Shown here: piece by piece, positions 26,831 to 36,021 of the stretch
How the letters are laid out: each line of letters opens with the position of its first letter
Position numbering within the stretch: position 1 is the first letter of the stretch
Source of the DNA: a virus
Lineage: Duplodnaviria; Caudoviricetes
Direction: 5' to 3' (one strand)
Virus record (IMG/VR): IMGVR_UViG_3300038312_000128
Coordinates: 1 to 38,567 of that record
Length of the DNA stretch: 38,567 nt
Notes under the pieces: generated by a model
Database searches by the model: none
What the model was told of the DNA's origin: nothing
Seen by the model: only the letters and a program-made list of their open reading frames with translations
Made by a program: the position numbers and the translations under genes

Positions 26831-28149
26831 ACAACACCACCTCCGACAACCTTCTTTTGAATACTGTAAACTTCTGCATACTTATTGCCCTGGATCTTAA
26901 TCTTGAGTTCACTTACGGCATTTATGCTTATTGGAATATTCTTTACTGTATCGCTGTCATATCTGTAAACTGCAACTCTTCTAAAGTCTTTTCTATCTTC
27001 CGATATTAAAACCTCAATTTCAGTATCATATTCCGCATAGATTGAGGCATAAATCGTAGTATTCTTTTTATTGACCTTGCCTATTTCACTTAAATCCGTC
27101 AGTGTGAACTGCCATTCTATTTCTTCTGTACCGGAATTAAATTTATATACCTTGCCATCCGCAGCTAAACAATATAAGACATCGCCGTATCTTGTAAAAT
27201 CTACCGCTTGCAAACTATCTTCGCGCCACCAAAGCTGTGTCAAGGTATCAAACACATACAAACTGTATTCAGTGCCGTTATATACACTTATATATAAAAA
27301 TCTTCCGTTTTTTCCGGCGACTCCATTTATGTATACCTCATTTAGATTAGAGGAAATATTAACTGCTTGACCGCCACCATATCTCTGTACGCCCTCACTA
27401 TTTAAGAAATATAAAACGGAATTAACCTCAACCATTGAGCTGTTTGATATAGTTCCTGTGCGTGATACATCGATAACAGTAAAATTAGATGGCTTCTGTC
27501 CATAAAGCTCATGATGATAATTCTCTTTCAGAGCGACAACATGATTTTGATACTCAATGCACCCTTTAAATTCGCCCGGAGAAGCAACATCGACAGCATA
27601 AGCACCTATTTCTGATGGATTGCCGTCAACATCGACAAAAGTTGTCCAGTCCTGGATGTTGCCCAAAGCACATCCATAAATCGTAGAACCCTTAACCCCA
27701 AATACTCTGTTATCATGCACGCAAACATAATCAATATCAGGGCAACTTCCTGCGGCCGGATACACTGAACCATTTCCTATATTTCCGTTCGTTCCATCTG
27801 TTTCATCGTAATATTTTTTATCCGGGAATATACAAATCTTCTTATGGAATTCTACAATGCTTTTCTTTCCTGCTGAAAGTCCCGAAAACTTCAAAACTCC
27901 ATCAACATAAAACTTACCGTCAGCTATATAATAAAGCTTCTGCGCTTTGAAAAGAGCTTGAGGATTGACTATATCTTGATATATAACCTCTCTTGGCTTC
28001 CTTGTAGTAAGCTTAGGATAATCCTTCAAGGATATATTTTCACAGTCAATTAATTCATTAGTTGAAGCAGATATTTTTCTATTCAGTCCTCTAAAATCGA
28101 TTATGCTTGTTTCAGACTTAGGTAATTCGTTTAAGATTGGTAGTTTCAT
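26821..28149 (-). CDS. Tail hub/nozzle-like beta-propeller protein (P22 gp10/T7 gp12 analogue)
   Basis: DFRGLN start, beta-rich repeats, YVFDT...WW.ED; follows adaptor gene. Confidence 0.6.
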   Translation of the reverse strand: MKLPILNELPKSETSIIDFRGLNRKISASTNELIDCENISLKDYPKLTTRKPREVIYQDIVNPQALFKAQKLYYIADGKFYVDGVLKFSGLSAGKKSIVEFHKKICIFPDKKYYDETDGTNGNIGNGSVYPAAGSCPDIDYVCVHDNRVFGVKGSTIYGCALGNIQDWTTFVDVDGNPSEIGAYAVDVASPGEFKGCIEYQNHVVALKENYHHELYGQKPSNFTVIDVSRTGTISNSSMVEVNSVLYFLNSEGVQRYGGGQAVNISSNLNEVYINGVAGKNGRFLYISVYNGTEYSLYVFDTLTQLWWREDSLQAVDFTRYGDVLYCLAADGKVYKFNSGTEEIEWQFTLTDLSEIGKVNKKNTTIYASIYAEYDTEIEVLISEDRKDFRRVAVYRYDSDTVKNIPISINAVSELKIKIQGNKYAEVYSIQKKVVGGGVVWR

Positions 28150-28523
28150 TTCTTAAACGCCCCCTTGTAATCATATTGTCTAACCGGAGAAGTCTGTTTT
28201 CTTGTTTTCATGTAGTTCATGTATTCTTTCATTGCATTATTATGCAACATTGTAAAATTATTAAAGCTTGGTATGTCGTTCGAATATAAGTCGATATGTG
28301 CCGCAACATAATATTCATATATTTCTGAAAATTCCTCCGGCAATAGTAGCTCGTCAGTATCAATATTTTCATATTTCAACGATTCGAATTCAGTTTCATT
28401 ATTAACTATTAGCCTCAATTTTGCTTCTATTTTGCTTAAAAATGACAATAAAGCCGTGTTTTCAAGTATACACGGCTTAAATTCTCTTACTCTATCAATT
28501 AGTTCTAAGGGTGTCATTGCCAC
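28146..28523 (-). CDS. Head-tail adaptor-like protein
   Basis: Small helical protein; DELLLPEEF.EIY.YY..A.ID; after capsid genes. Confidence 0.55.
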   Translation of the reverse strand: MAMTPLELIDRVREFKPCILENTALLSFLSKIEAKLRLIVNNETEFESLKYENIDTDELLLPEEFSEIYEYYVAAHIDLYSNDIPSFNNFTMLHNNAMKEYMNYMKTRKQTSPVRQYDYKGAFKK

Positions 28524-28529
28524 ACCTCC

Positions 28530-28802
28530 CTAAAATCCTGCTCTTTGTTTAGCATCCTCGATATACTTATTCGCAGTTCTAAGTTCTCTGTCTTTACTTT
28601 CCAATACAGTCAATACATATCTTGGAATATGCACCAATTCCCCTCTTTTAATGATAAAATTACTGCCATTTACTATAACAACAATATCATCCTTGTATTT
28701 GCCATCATCCTTAAACGCCATATAAGGAACTCTTTCCTTCATATAGTCATTCGGATCAAATTCTTTTGCTACTGTTACTTTTACTTCTGTTTTTGTAGCC
28801 AT
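28530..28802 (-). CDS. Conserved phage protein downstream of capsid
   Basis: V.VNG....IKRGE.V.IP..V..VL pattern; AGGAGG RBS. Confidence 0.65.
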   Translation of the reverse strand: MATKTEVKVTVAKEFDPNDYMKERVPYMAFKDDGKYKDDIVVIVNGSNFIIKRGELVHIPRYVLTVLESKDRELRTANKYIEDAKQRAGF

Positions 28803-28819
28803 AATATCCTCCTTATATT

Positions 28820-28846
28820 AAAAAAGGAGCGTTCATAACGCCCCTT
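28820..28846 (-). terminator. Rho-independent terminator after major capsid gene
   Basis: Minus strand AAGGGGCGTT-ATG-AACGCTCCTT-TTTT. Confidence 0.75.
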
Positions 28847-28861
28847 AATTTATTTGTTGTC

Positions 28862-30193
28862 TTAGTTTATTCCTGCACCGTAGTCATTTTCTTCGGTAGT
28901 AGTTTCAAGCCTTACCATATAGGCATCCGTCAACACAACCGCACCTTGAATAGCTTTCCAACCCTGAGTTGAACGTTGATCCAATGGATCGGCTGTTCCG
29001 GCAGAACCTTTAGCTTTAACGATATTCTGTAATCCTCCACCATCAATAGTAGTAACGCCGTAAGCATCTTCACCTATGATAAGGGTTGAATATACATCAT
29101 AGCCTTTTGCTCCTGCTTCACCAGGATATACTATTTCTCCATCGCCAGGAGTACCTGTTACAGTTTCTTTTACAGTTATTGTTGCAGCTCCAGCAGCTCC
29201 TGCGGCTGCTTCTGCAACTGTATAAAGAACGCCTTTAACTATAATTTTTCTTCCTACTAAAGCCGTTGCATCTGCTGCCGTTAAAACTTCATCAATAGTA
29301 AATGTTTTGCTTGATAAAGAAGCAACCGTTAAATCTCTTGCACCTGCCGATAAATCTTCCGCATGGAATATCTTAGCCTCGGTGGATTCAACAAATCTAA
29401 CGCCTTCTATTTTCCCGATTTCACCATTATACCAGTTCTTAGGATTGTAGTTAGTTACAGATTGCCATTTTGCATCCTCGGTCAAGTGATAGGATACGTC
29501 AGGATGAATTATTGCAACATAACTGTCACCTTTTTTCTTTGCAAGGTATCTTTTTAGTGTCTTAACAGCGTTCTTAACCATTTTAACAGTGATATAATCG
29601 TTTCCGTTTGCCTCTCCGCCTACAAGCAAGTGTCTTGCAAGTTTAGAACCATCTGCATATTGTACGTTTGTACCGGTATTGATTATATCTCTAACAACTG
29701 TGTCAAGAGTTCTCCCCGACTGATCTCCAAGGTCCCTCAAGTTATCATTTATAATAGGGTCTATCGCGGTCAATTCAAGAACGTCAGAAGTAGTAATATA
29801 ATCCCCGAACTGATGAACAGGAGCAGAGATTGCCTTTACTTCAATCTTTCTTCCGTCAGGAGTTACGCCTTCTGTTAAAGGAGTTAAAGCTTTAGGAAGT
29901 GGATCTCTTCTTCTCCATTCCTGTGACTTTCCACCCCTCTTAGGTATAGGTTTCTTTTGACCGAATTGCCCGTGCACTAATAAAGGTTTTGCATATCTTA
30001 TAAGATTTTTATTGTAATAGGTTTTCATTTCAGGAGACAAATCCTGTCCTGCACCTGTTTGAGTAGTTACGTTAGTGTTAGGCTCAACGCCCATTGCCAA
30101 CACCATAGTAAGGTTAATTACTCTTTTCCCAATGTTTGTTTTTGAAAGCAGAAACATTGAAGCTGCTAATATTATAAGTAATATCAAATACAT
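28862..30193 (-). CDS. Major capsid protein, N4-gp56-like family
   Basis: QFGQKKPIP..GGK, PLTEGVTP.G, QFGD, HPDV..L, GEIG.IEGVRF, DPLDQRST.GWK motifs. Confidence 0.88.
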   Translation of the reverse strand: MYLILLIILAASMFLLSKTNIGKRVINLTMVLAMGVEPNTNVTTQTGAGQDLSPEMKTYYNKNLIRYAKPLLVHGQFGQKKPIPKRGGKSQEWRRRDPLPKALTPLTEGVTPDGRKIEVKAISAPVHQFGDYITTSDVLELTAIDPIINDNLRDLGDQSGRTLDTVVRDIINTGTNVQYADGSKLARHLLVGGEANGNDYITVKMVKNAVKTLKRYLAKKKGDSYVAIIHPDVSYHLTEDAKWQSVTNYNPKNWYNGEIGKIEGVRFVESTEAKIFHAEDLSAGARDLTVASLSSKTFTIDEVLTAADATALVGRKIIVKGVLYTVAEAAAGAAGAATITVKETVTGTPGDGEIVYPGEAGAKGYDVYSTLIIGEDAYGVTTIDGGGLQNIVKAKGSAGTADPLDQRSTQGWKAIQGAVVLTDAYMVRLETTTEENDYGAGIN

Positions 30194-30214
30194 ACTTTAT
30201 CCTCTCTTTCATTT

Positions 30215-31096
30215 TTAAAATGTAATTCGCTCCCCTCTTGCAGCTCTTTCCTCTAATTCGGCAAGCTGTTCATCTGTCATCTTAGAAGGATCGATTTTTA
30301 TTGAGGCGGCCTTTGTTCTCTTTGTTGCGTTTTCAGAAATTCTTGTGCCTTTTGCCTTCACATTGTCGATTACGTTTTTCTTTGCCTTTGTAGTCTGTTT
30401 CTTTATAAGCTCGTCAACATGGAGCGCATCGTAAGCTTGTTTGAACGGAACACCGGAACCTAACATTTGCAAAAAGCTTTTATTCTGCATAAGTTCTTCC
30501 GGTTTTATATCTCCATAAAGCTCAGGATTGCTCTTTGAAAGCTTATCGCAGTCGCTATTAAAGGCATTAAAAAAAGCCTGCTGTCTTTGTTGCTCCTGCA
30601 TGGCTCTAAAATTTCTTAATTCTTGCTGTTCTCTTTGTTGTTTTAACAGTTGTTCTTTTGTTGTACCTCTTTGATATGCAATTTCTTCTATAAGCTCCTC
30701 AGACTTTTTCTTTAGCCCTTCAAAACCTTCAACTTCGAAATATTGCTCAAAGGTATGTAACAAACTGTCGTATTCTTCATTTTTCTTTCTTTGCTCACCG
30801 AGTCTTTTTCCGATTACATTATCCATATAGGCTTGATGTTCATCTTTTGACCTAAATACCATGAACGGCTTATCATCTTCTGTTTCTTCTTCTTCGGATT
30901 CCTCTTCACCGTCTTGCGTATTTTCCTCACCTTCATCATCATCGTCAAGCTCATCGATATCATCAAGTTCATCATCATCGGCTTCATCGTCAACGTCAAC
31001 GTCATCAATATCATCATCCTGCTCACCGTCTACAGGAACGTCTATTTCTTCATCATCTGCGGCGAATAATTGTAACTTTAATTTTTCTAAAAACAT
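30215..31096 (-). CDS. Scaffolding protein with N-terminal LQLFA motif
   Basis: ATG at 31096 with AGGAGG; MFLEKLKLQLFA, acidic tract, coiled coil; between portal and capsid. Confidence 0.75.
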   Translation of the reverse strand: MFLEKLKLQLFAADDEEIDVPVDGEQDDDIDDVDVDDEADDDELDDIDELDDDDEGEENTQDGEEESEEEETEDDKPFMVFRSKDEHQAYMDNVIGKRLGEQRKKNEEYDSLLHTFEQYFEVEGFEGLKKKSEELIEEIAYQRGTTKEQLLKQQREQQELRNFRAMQEQQRQQAFFNAFNSDCDKLSKSNPELYGDIKPEELMQNKSFLQMLGSGVPFKQAYDALHVDELIKKQTTKAKKNVIDNVKAKGTRISENATKRTKAASIKIDPSKMTDEQLAELEERAARGERITF

Positions 31097-31162
31097 TATA
31101 TCCTCCTGCACCCTTTGGGCGAAAATTTAAAATTTATTTTAAAGCGCTGTAATACAGCGAAA

Positions 31163-32995
31163 TTAACTAATAGGATTATTGACTAATCCATCAATATTGC
31201 CTTTTAATTGCTCAATGTATGCGCTCTGCTCTTGCATCTGTCCTTGTTGCATTTGGAGTGCTTCATTCATCTGCATCATTTGCTGTTGCATCTGCATCAT
31301 CTGATTATACATTTCTCCATTTCCTTTGACTTTCAGCAGCAACTTTTCCTTGCCGTCAAATATCATATTCTCTAATAGCAGTGTAGCAGCAATAGCAGCT
31401 TCCGGATTAAATACACCGCGCTCAAATAAATCAAGCATCATTTGATTGTGGCTGATAGTATTAAACGGGTTTTCTTTCTGTGCTATTATTTCTATATCGT
31501 AAACAGGCTTCCTATACTCAGGCTTCCACTCCGGATTAGGTACTTGATTTCCCATTTCATCTGTTAAATACGCTTCATCCATATTGGTAATCTGATTTAT
31601 CATATTCGCATTATTAAAAGTAACATACTCAGGGTTGTTATCCTCTCCGATAATACGGAATTGTCTGTCCTCTGAATAGAATTCTCTTATCAGCTCAACA
31701 ACTAATGTGACGAGTTTCTTAAAGCTCCTGTAATTAGACTTAACCAAATCTCTTGTAGTCTTATTGCCTGCTTCCTGTAATGCTGCAATAGCTCCGAAAG
31801 CTGTTACCCCTCCTGTAGTGCCTCCCTGGTTAAAATCTCTGTTACCCGATAGCTCCTTCATTTCAAGGATTTTATTTTCTCTTATCTTTGTCACTATATC
31901 CGGCAATGCGTCAGCCTGGAATGCTCTTACAGCGCTTTCATCTACAGCAGTAGAGCTTACAATTACATCCTTAGATAAATCCATAATGTCATCAGGATTT
32001 ATACCGCCATCCTCTTTAGTCAGCCATCTTTGCTTAGAAGCAACAACACCATTATTAAGCGAAAGTACATCAAGCTTATCGACATATCCTTGATTGTTTT
32101 TATTCATATCAATCAAGCCCATACCCTCAAGAGTGCCTTCAAGCGGTATGTATTGGTCGATAATAAAAGGATATCTGCCATGAGCATATATTCCTGTTTG
32201 AGCTGTTTCTTCATTTGTAATCGATGATTCAAGCACCACCTCATTTGCCATCTTTGTTAGATGAACTATCTGCCTGCCATCCTTTGCTATGGTTCGCTCA
32301 TAGCCATCTATAACAAGAGTTTTATTTGCAAGTATCGTTTGGTCTTGCCCTTCGTAAGTCTTTATCTGTACCGCATCTTGACCGCCATATGTTTCAGCAC
32401 TTTCAGTCAGTTTGTCGGGATATTGTTCTTTTAATATGTCTGTATCAATTAAAGAAGTAACAAATACATACCTGCTATCCTGTATGTTAGTACAATTCGG
32501 CTCCCAATAGATCCTCAGAATATCCAAGTAATTTATTACTATATCACCTAAACCATTTTCCAAAGTATCATCCCAGGTAACGGATAAACAGCCAATACCT
32601 TGCTTGATTTTATACATACAATATTTATCATAAACATCATCCCAATTAGCATTTTGCATTATGACAGGGACAACCTTAGTCAGCCTTTCAGCTTCTACCT
32701 CGTCATTCTGCTCTCTTGCCAGGAATACCGGAGCAGGCTGATTGTCCATCAAATCAGCGTGTTTATTTAATATAGCATTCAGTAACGTGCCGGATGTTGG
32801 TTCATCGCCATCTGTTTTATCAATCAAATACTGCCAATACTCTTGTCTAAACCAATTCTCATTCTCGATAATTTTCATATCGAAAGCTTCTCTTGCTGCT
32901 CTGTACTCAGCAAAAGCATCGATATATTTCTTAACATCAATATCTTTAATCTTATGCAATGCTGATTCATCTGTAGGCTTTATAATTTCAGACAA
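31163..32995 (-). CDS. Portal protein (P22-like)
   Basis: 610 aa after terminase; HGRYPF, G.TA..AIAALQEAG, L.RE.Y...R.FRI.G motifs; Q/M-rich helical C-terminus. Confidence 0.85.
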   Translation of the reverse strand: MSEIIKPTDESALHKIKDIDVKKYIDAFAEYRAAREAFDMKIIENENWFRQEYWQYLIDKTDGDEPTSGTLLNAILNKHADLMDNQPAPVFLAREQNDEVEAERLTKVVPVIMQNANWDDVYDKYCMYKIKQGIGCLSVTWDDTLENGLGDIVINYLDILRIYWEPNCTNIQDSRYVFVTSLIDTDILKEQYPDKLTESAETYGGQDAVQIKTYEGQDQTILANKTLVIDGYERTIAKDGRQIVHLTKMANEVVLESSITNEETAQTGIYAHGRYPFIIDQYIPLEGTLEGMGLIDMNKNNQGYVDKLDVLSLNNGVVASKQRWLTKEDGGINPDDIMDLSKDVIVSSTAVDESAVRAFQADALPDIVTKIRENKILEMKELSGNRDFNQGGTTGGVTAFGAIAALQEAGNKTTRDLVKSNYRSFKKLVTLVVELIREFYSEDRQFRIIGEDNNPEYVTFNNANMINQITNMDEAYLTDEMGNQVPNPEWKPEYRKPVYDIEIIAQKENPFNTISHNQMMLDLFERGVFNPEAAIAATLLLENMIFDGKEKLLLKVKGNGEMYNQMMQMQQQMMQMNEALQMQQGQMQEQSAYIEQLKGNIDGLVNNPIS

Positions 32996-33156
32996 TCTTC
33001 CAACCTCCCTTCAATCTTTATTTTCTTAATATTTCCGCATTTATTACAACGGTATACTGCATCTACAACAGGCGTATTTCCTTTATAACGCAGGAACTTG
33101 TAACCTATATATCGGTAATTATGCCTGCATAACAAGCGTAGTAATTTTCTAAACAT
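32980..33156 (-). CDS. Small Zn-ribbon-like protein
   Basis: MFRKLLRLLCRHNY...YRCNKCG; likely ATG at 33156 with GGAGG RBS. Confidence 0.6.
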   Translation of the reverse strand: MFRKLLRLLCRHNYRYIGYKFLRYKGNTPVVDAVYRCNKCGNIKKIKIEGRLEDCLKL

Positions 33157-33677
33157 TAAGCATACCTCCAAATATAACCGTTGTGCTGTTTGTTTACGCC
33201 CCTGCAAACCAATGAAACGCTTGAATGATGGAAGCCTTCTTTATTTACGCTTCTCAATGATGAATGTTTTTTTATAAAATTACCGTCTTTATCATACTGT
33301 AAAACAGGTTTAGACCGAGCTTTACTGCTTCGTGTAATACAAGTTCCATAATTATTGTTGTATTTTTTGTCGCACCATTCTAAATTAGTAATATTGTTGT
33401 CTGTTTTTATTTCATTTACATGGTTTATTTCTGTTAATCCATTTATATTTGAAATAAAAGCTTCAGCTACTAATCGATGAACTAAAAAACATTTTTGTTT
33501 TCCATCCTTCCATAAATGCGCCTGCAGATATCCGTTACTATCCTTTCCTAATTTCAGTATCCTTTCTTTCACAAATCGTCCTTTGGAATCTTTTCTTTCC
33601 AAAGATTTAACTCTGCCAATATTGCTAATCTGATACATTCCATTATAGCCATCAATGTCTTTCCATATTTCCTCCAT
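33156..33677 (-). CDS. NUMOD4-HNH homing endonuclease
   Basis: EIWKDIDGYNGMYQISNIGRVKS (NUMOD4), VHRLVAEAF, INH..E.KTDN...NLEW (HNH), C-terminal KPVLQY DNA-binding motif. Confidence 0.92.
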   Translation of the reverse strand: MEEIWKDIDGYNGMYQISNIGRVKSLERKDSKGRFVKERILKLGKDSNGYLQAHLWKDGKQKCFLVHRLVAEAFISNINGLTEINHVNEIKTDNNITNLEWCDKKYNNNYGTCITRSSKARSKPVLQYDKDGNFIKKHSSLRSVNKEGFHHSSVSLVCRGVNKQHNGYIWRYA

Positions 33678-33687
33678 ATTGTTCCTC

Positions 33688-33966
33688 CTATACTCTTATA
33701 TTGTTAAACACTTTGCCCAGACTGTCGTACGGCGTGGTGATAATCGGTCTTTCAATCATATTCAACGGGTCATCTTGTGGTGTCCATATCTTTTTAGGCA
33801 TCATGTTTTTCCGTTGTTTTATCGGTCTTGCCATACACATATATCGTACCTCGTCATAGCAGTTATGTGTTATGACTCCATTTCCTATTGCAAAATTATG
33901 AGTTTCATCAACTTCCATGTTATAAACATCTGCTTTTCCTGAATAATAAATAGATTTTATTTTCAT
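33688..33966 (-). CDS. Split intein C-fragment (35 aa) fused to terminase C-extein (57 aa)
   Basis: MKIKSI....DVYNMEVDETHNFAIGNGVITHN|CYDEVRY: intein blocks F/G, His-Asn terminus, +1 Cys; own RBS and ATGA overlap. Confidence 0.92.
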   Translation of the reverse strand: MKIKSIYYSGKADVYNMEVDETHNFAIGNGVITHNCYDEVRYMCMARPIKQRKNMMPKKIWTPQDDPLNMIERPIITTPYDSLGKVFNNIRV

Positions 33967-34448
33967 GCTATTTTCCTTTTTCTATAAGAAGTGCATTTGC
34001 AATTATTAGAGCAAAATTTCGCAGTTTTATTAAAGCTTTCAAATTCTCTACCGCACCATTGGCATTTTAATTTATTTTTAACCCTGCTTCTCCATGCTTT
34101 TTTAGCATGTTCGCTGTGCCATCTTCTTCCTTCTTCGCTCCCGTGCCATTTAGCAGCTGCAGGAATAGCAGTTTCTATAAATCTTTCTTTTATTTCTTCT
34201 AAGTCTTTTTCTGCCATGTGGTCACTTAAATGTTTATTTGCTGTTTTTATTTCAAGATTTGAAATATCATTATTACTTCTGTCATTATCTTTATGATGAA
34301 CATGATATCCTTTCGGAATATCACCGTTATAAAATCTATAAACAGCTAAATGTAGTCGCTTGCCTTTTCTCTGAAAATAATTTCCGCACAAATAATATCT
34401 TTCGTTGTTGAACTCTTGAATTGTATCAGATATTATATTTACATTCAT
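33963..34448 (-). CDS. Free-standing HNH endonuclease between the split intein halves
   Basis: LH..VY....G.IPKGYHVHHKDNDRSNNDISNL, C-terminal CxxC...FCSNNC; different frame from both intein halves; ATG at 34448 with AGGAG. Confidence 0.88.
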   Translation of the reverse strand: MNVNIISDTIQEFNNERYYLCGNYFQRKGKRLHLAVYRFYNGDIPKGYHVHHKDNDRSNNDISNLEIKTANKHLSDHMAEKDLEEIKERFIETAIPAAAKWHGSEEGRRWHSEHAKKAWRSRVKNKLKCQWCGREFESFNKTAKFCSNNCKCTSYRKRKIA

Positions 34449-36021
34449 AAAGCTCATCTCCTTCTCGTAATTCATCAAGCCTTTTCCATTCTCCGCTTTT
34501 TAACATAAACCTATGATTTTTAGTAGCTGTAATTTTAATTCCATCTTCAAGTTCAATAGTAAACACATCTACATTTTTTTGCGTTAATCTAACATCACTA
34601 TACTTATGTAAATTTCCATCACTACTTACTACCAGTCCGTTTGTATCAACTAAATTCTTAATAGGTATTTTGCCCCTATCTGTCCATACTAAAGTATCAC
34701 CTATCAAGCAATGGTCTTCGCCCTCAGTGTCGATATCCTCAACATCCTTTAAGTCATATACCAGGTTCGGCATAGTCCTAATGAAATCTTTACAAGTGTT
34801 AAATACATACAACATCGGTAATCCGTCAACATCAAAAGCTAATCTATAATGTATCTGCATTTTACCTGCGATACGTTGATTATCAGCAGGCTGCCAAAAG
34901 ATACCCCTTCTTTCGAATATTCTTGCAATACTTCCATCCGGCATCCCGTTATCTGCAAATATGGAAGGGTCTGCATAGCCTATTATCTTATTTCCCTTTT
35001 CATATTTTTCTTCATAGGCTTTAACTAAATCAGCAACCTTGTCAACCGACATATAAAGTCCTTTGTTCGGCTCTTTTGTTACCCTTGTAACAGGGTCTTT
35101 TTCAGTTCCATACATTTCATGATACCTGTATAATCGGCCGCTTGGATCTTCCGCCCAATAGCCAACTGAAAACGGTCTTGAATAACCCCAGTCAAACGAA
35201 CGATATCTTTTCCAATCGGAAGGAATAACAAAAGGGTCGATTACATGAGTTTTCTTCCTTGTTTGATAATTCTTAGGGTCGTTTACCCATTCAGTAAATA
35301 CCTGCCCTTCAAACATATCCCAATTGCCTTCAAGGAGCGCTTTTTGTAATGCTTCCGGCAAGCTTTCAAGTTGTATAATATAATCTTCCGTCAAGTGAGG
35401 ATTGTCCGTAACTAAGGCAGGAATATATTGTCTTGTAACAATAGTATTTCTTTTTAAAGTCCTGCTGTATGCTTCTATTTTGTGAATTTTGTATGGCTCC
35501 AAAGCATCAACGAACATTGACTTTACCCATCCATGACCAACGCCACCAGGATTAGCGGTAAACCTCTTGAAAGGCTTTACATTAAGTGACTTTGGCGCTC
35601 TTACTCTCGTCAGCAAGAAATCAAATATTTCTTTTTTAAATTTAGTAAGTTCATCGATGAATAACCTATTCATTTCTGCGCCTTGATAATTGTAAGCATC
35701 TACAAGGTTCCTTGCATATCTAAAATGCAATACAGAGCCATTTTGTAACTTGTAATCATGGTCGGAACCAATATATCTTCCTAATTCTCGTGGTATTGAC
35801 AATTGAGCTTCTTTTACAAGTGTGTCCCTAAGTTCGGGATATGTATTTCTGAATAAATAAGAGTGTACGCCTGGATTCTCCATGCCGTCAATGAAAGCTT
35901 CCATTACTGTAGCTTTGCTTTTTCCTCCCCCTGCAGCACCACCGTATAAAAGTTCATCAGCCGTGGATGTATGATACATAGCTTGCTTTTTGGTAGGTAT
36001 ATAATCTATATTGATATCTAT
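34426..36021 (-). CDS. terL: Terminase large subunit, N-terminal part fused to IntN; probable ATA start
   Basis: Walker A YGGAAGGGKS, Walker B FIDELT, TANPGG.GH.WVK, nuclease DWGY..PF, DPSI; frame open upstream of tracked ATG to ATA at 36021. Confidence 0.93.
   Translation of the reverse strand: MDINIDYIPTKKQAMYHTSTADELLYGGAAGGGKSKATVMEAFIDGMENPGVHSYLFRNTYPELRDTLVKEAQLSIPRELGRYIGSDHDYKLQNGSVLHFRYARNLVDAYNYQGAEMNRLFIDELTKFKKEIFDFLLTRVRAPKSLNVKPFKRFTANPGGVGHGWVKSMFVDALEPYKIHKIEAYSRTLKRNTIVTRQYIPALVTDNPHLTEDYIIQLESLPEALQKALLEGNWDMFEGQVFTEWVNDPKNYQTRKKTHVIDPFVIPSDWKRYRSFDWGYSRPFSVGYWAEDPSGRLYRYHEMYGTEKDPVTRVTKEPNKGLYMSVDKVADLVKAYEEKYEKGNKIIGYADPSIFADNGMPDGSIARIFERRGIFWQPADNQRIAGKMQIHYRLAFDVDGLPMLYVFNTCKDFIRTMPNLVYDLKDVEDIDTEGEDHCLIGDTLVWTDRGKIPIKNLVDTNGLVVSSDGNLHKYSDVRLTQKNVDVFTIELEDGIKITATKNHRFMLKSGEWKRLDELREGDELYECKYNI
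34429..34710 (-). other. Split intein N-fragment (94 aa)
   Basis: Block A CLIGDTLVWT..G.IPIKNL and block B ITATKNHRF (TxxH); ends W..L.EL..GD then stop. Confidence 0.92.

Noticed and set aside
31145-31159. CGCTGTA-A-TACAGCG palindrome between portal and scaffold
   Set aside because: Short, with a 1-nt centre; could be regulatory but there is not enough support to call.
12263-33029. Many plus-strand ORFs in the track (e.g. 12263-12709, 13005-13388, 25407-25862, 30861-31130)
   Set aside because: Antisense shadows of well-supported minus-strand genes, with no RBS or motifs; the poly-Ser ORF mirrors the acidic scaffold tract.
33688-34710. Terminase as a frameshifted pseudogene or group I intron-interrupted gene
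   Set aside because: Both intein halves retain catalytic residues and have coupled translation signals; the breaks fall at the intein endonuclease position. No intron core was recognised, though RT-PCR would be needed to exclude it.
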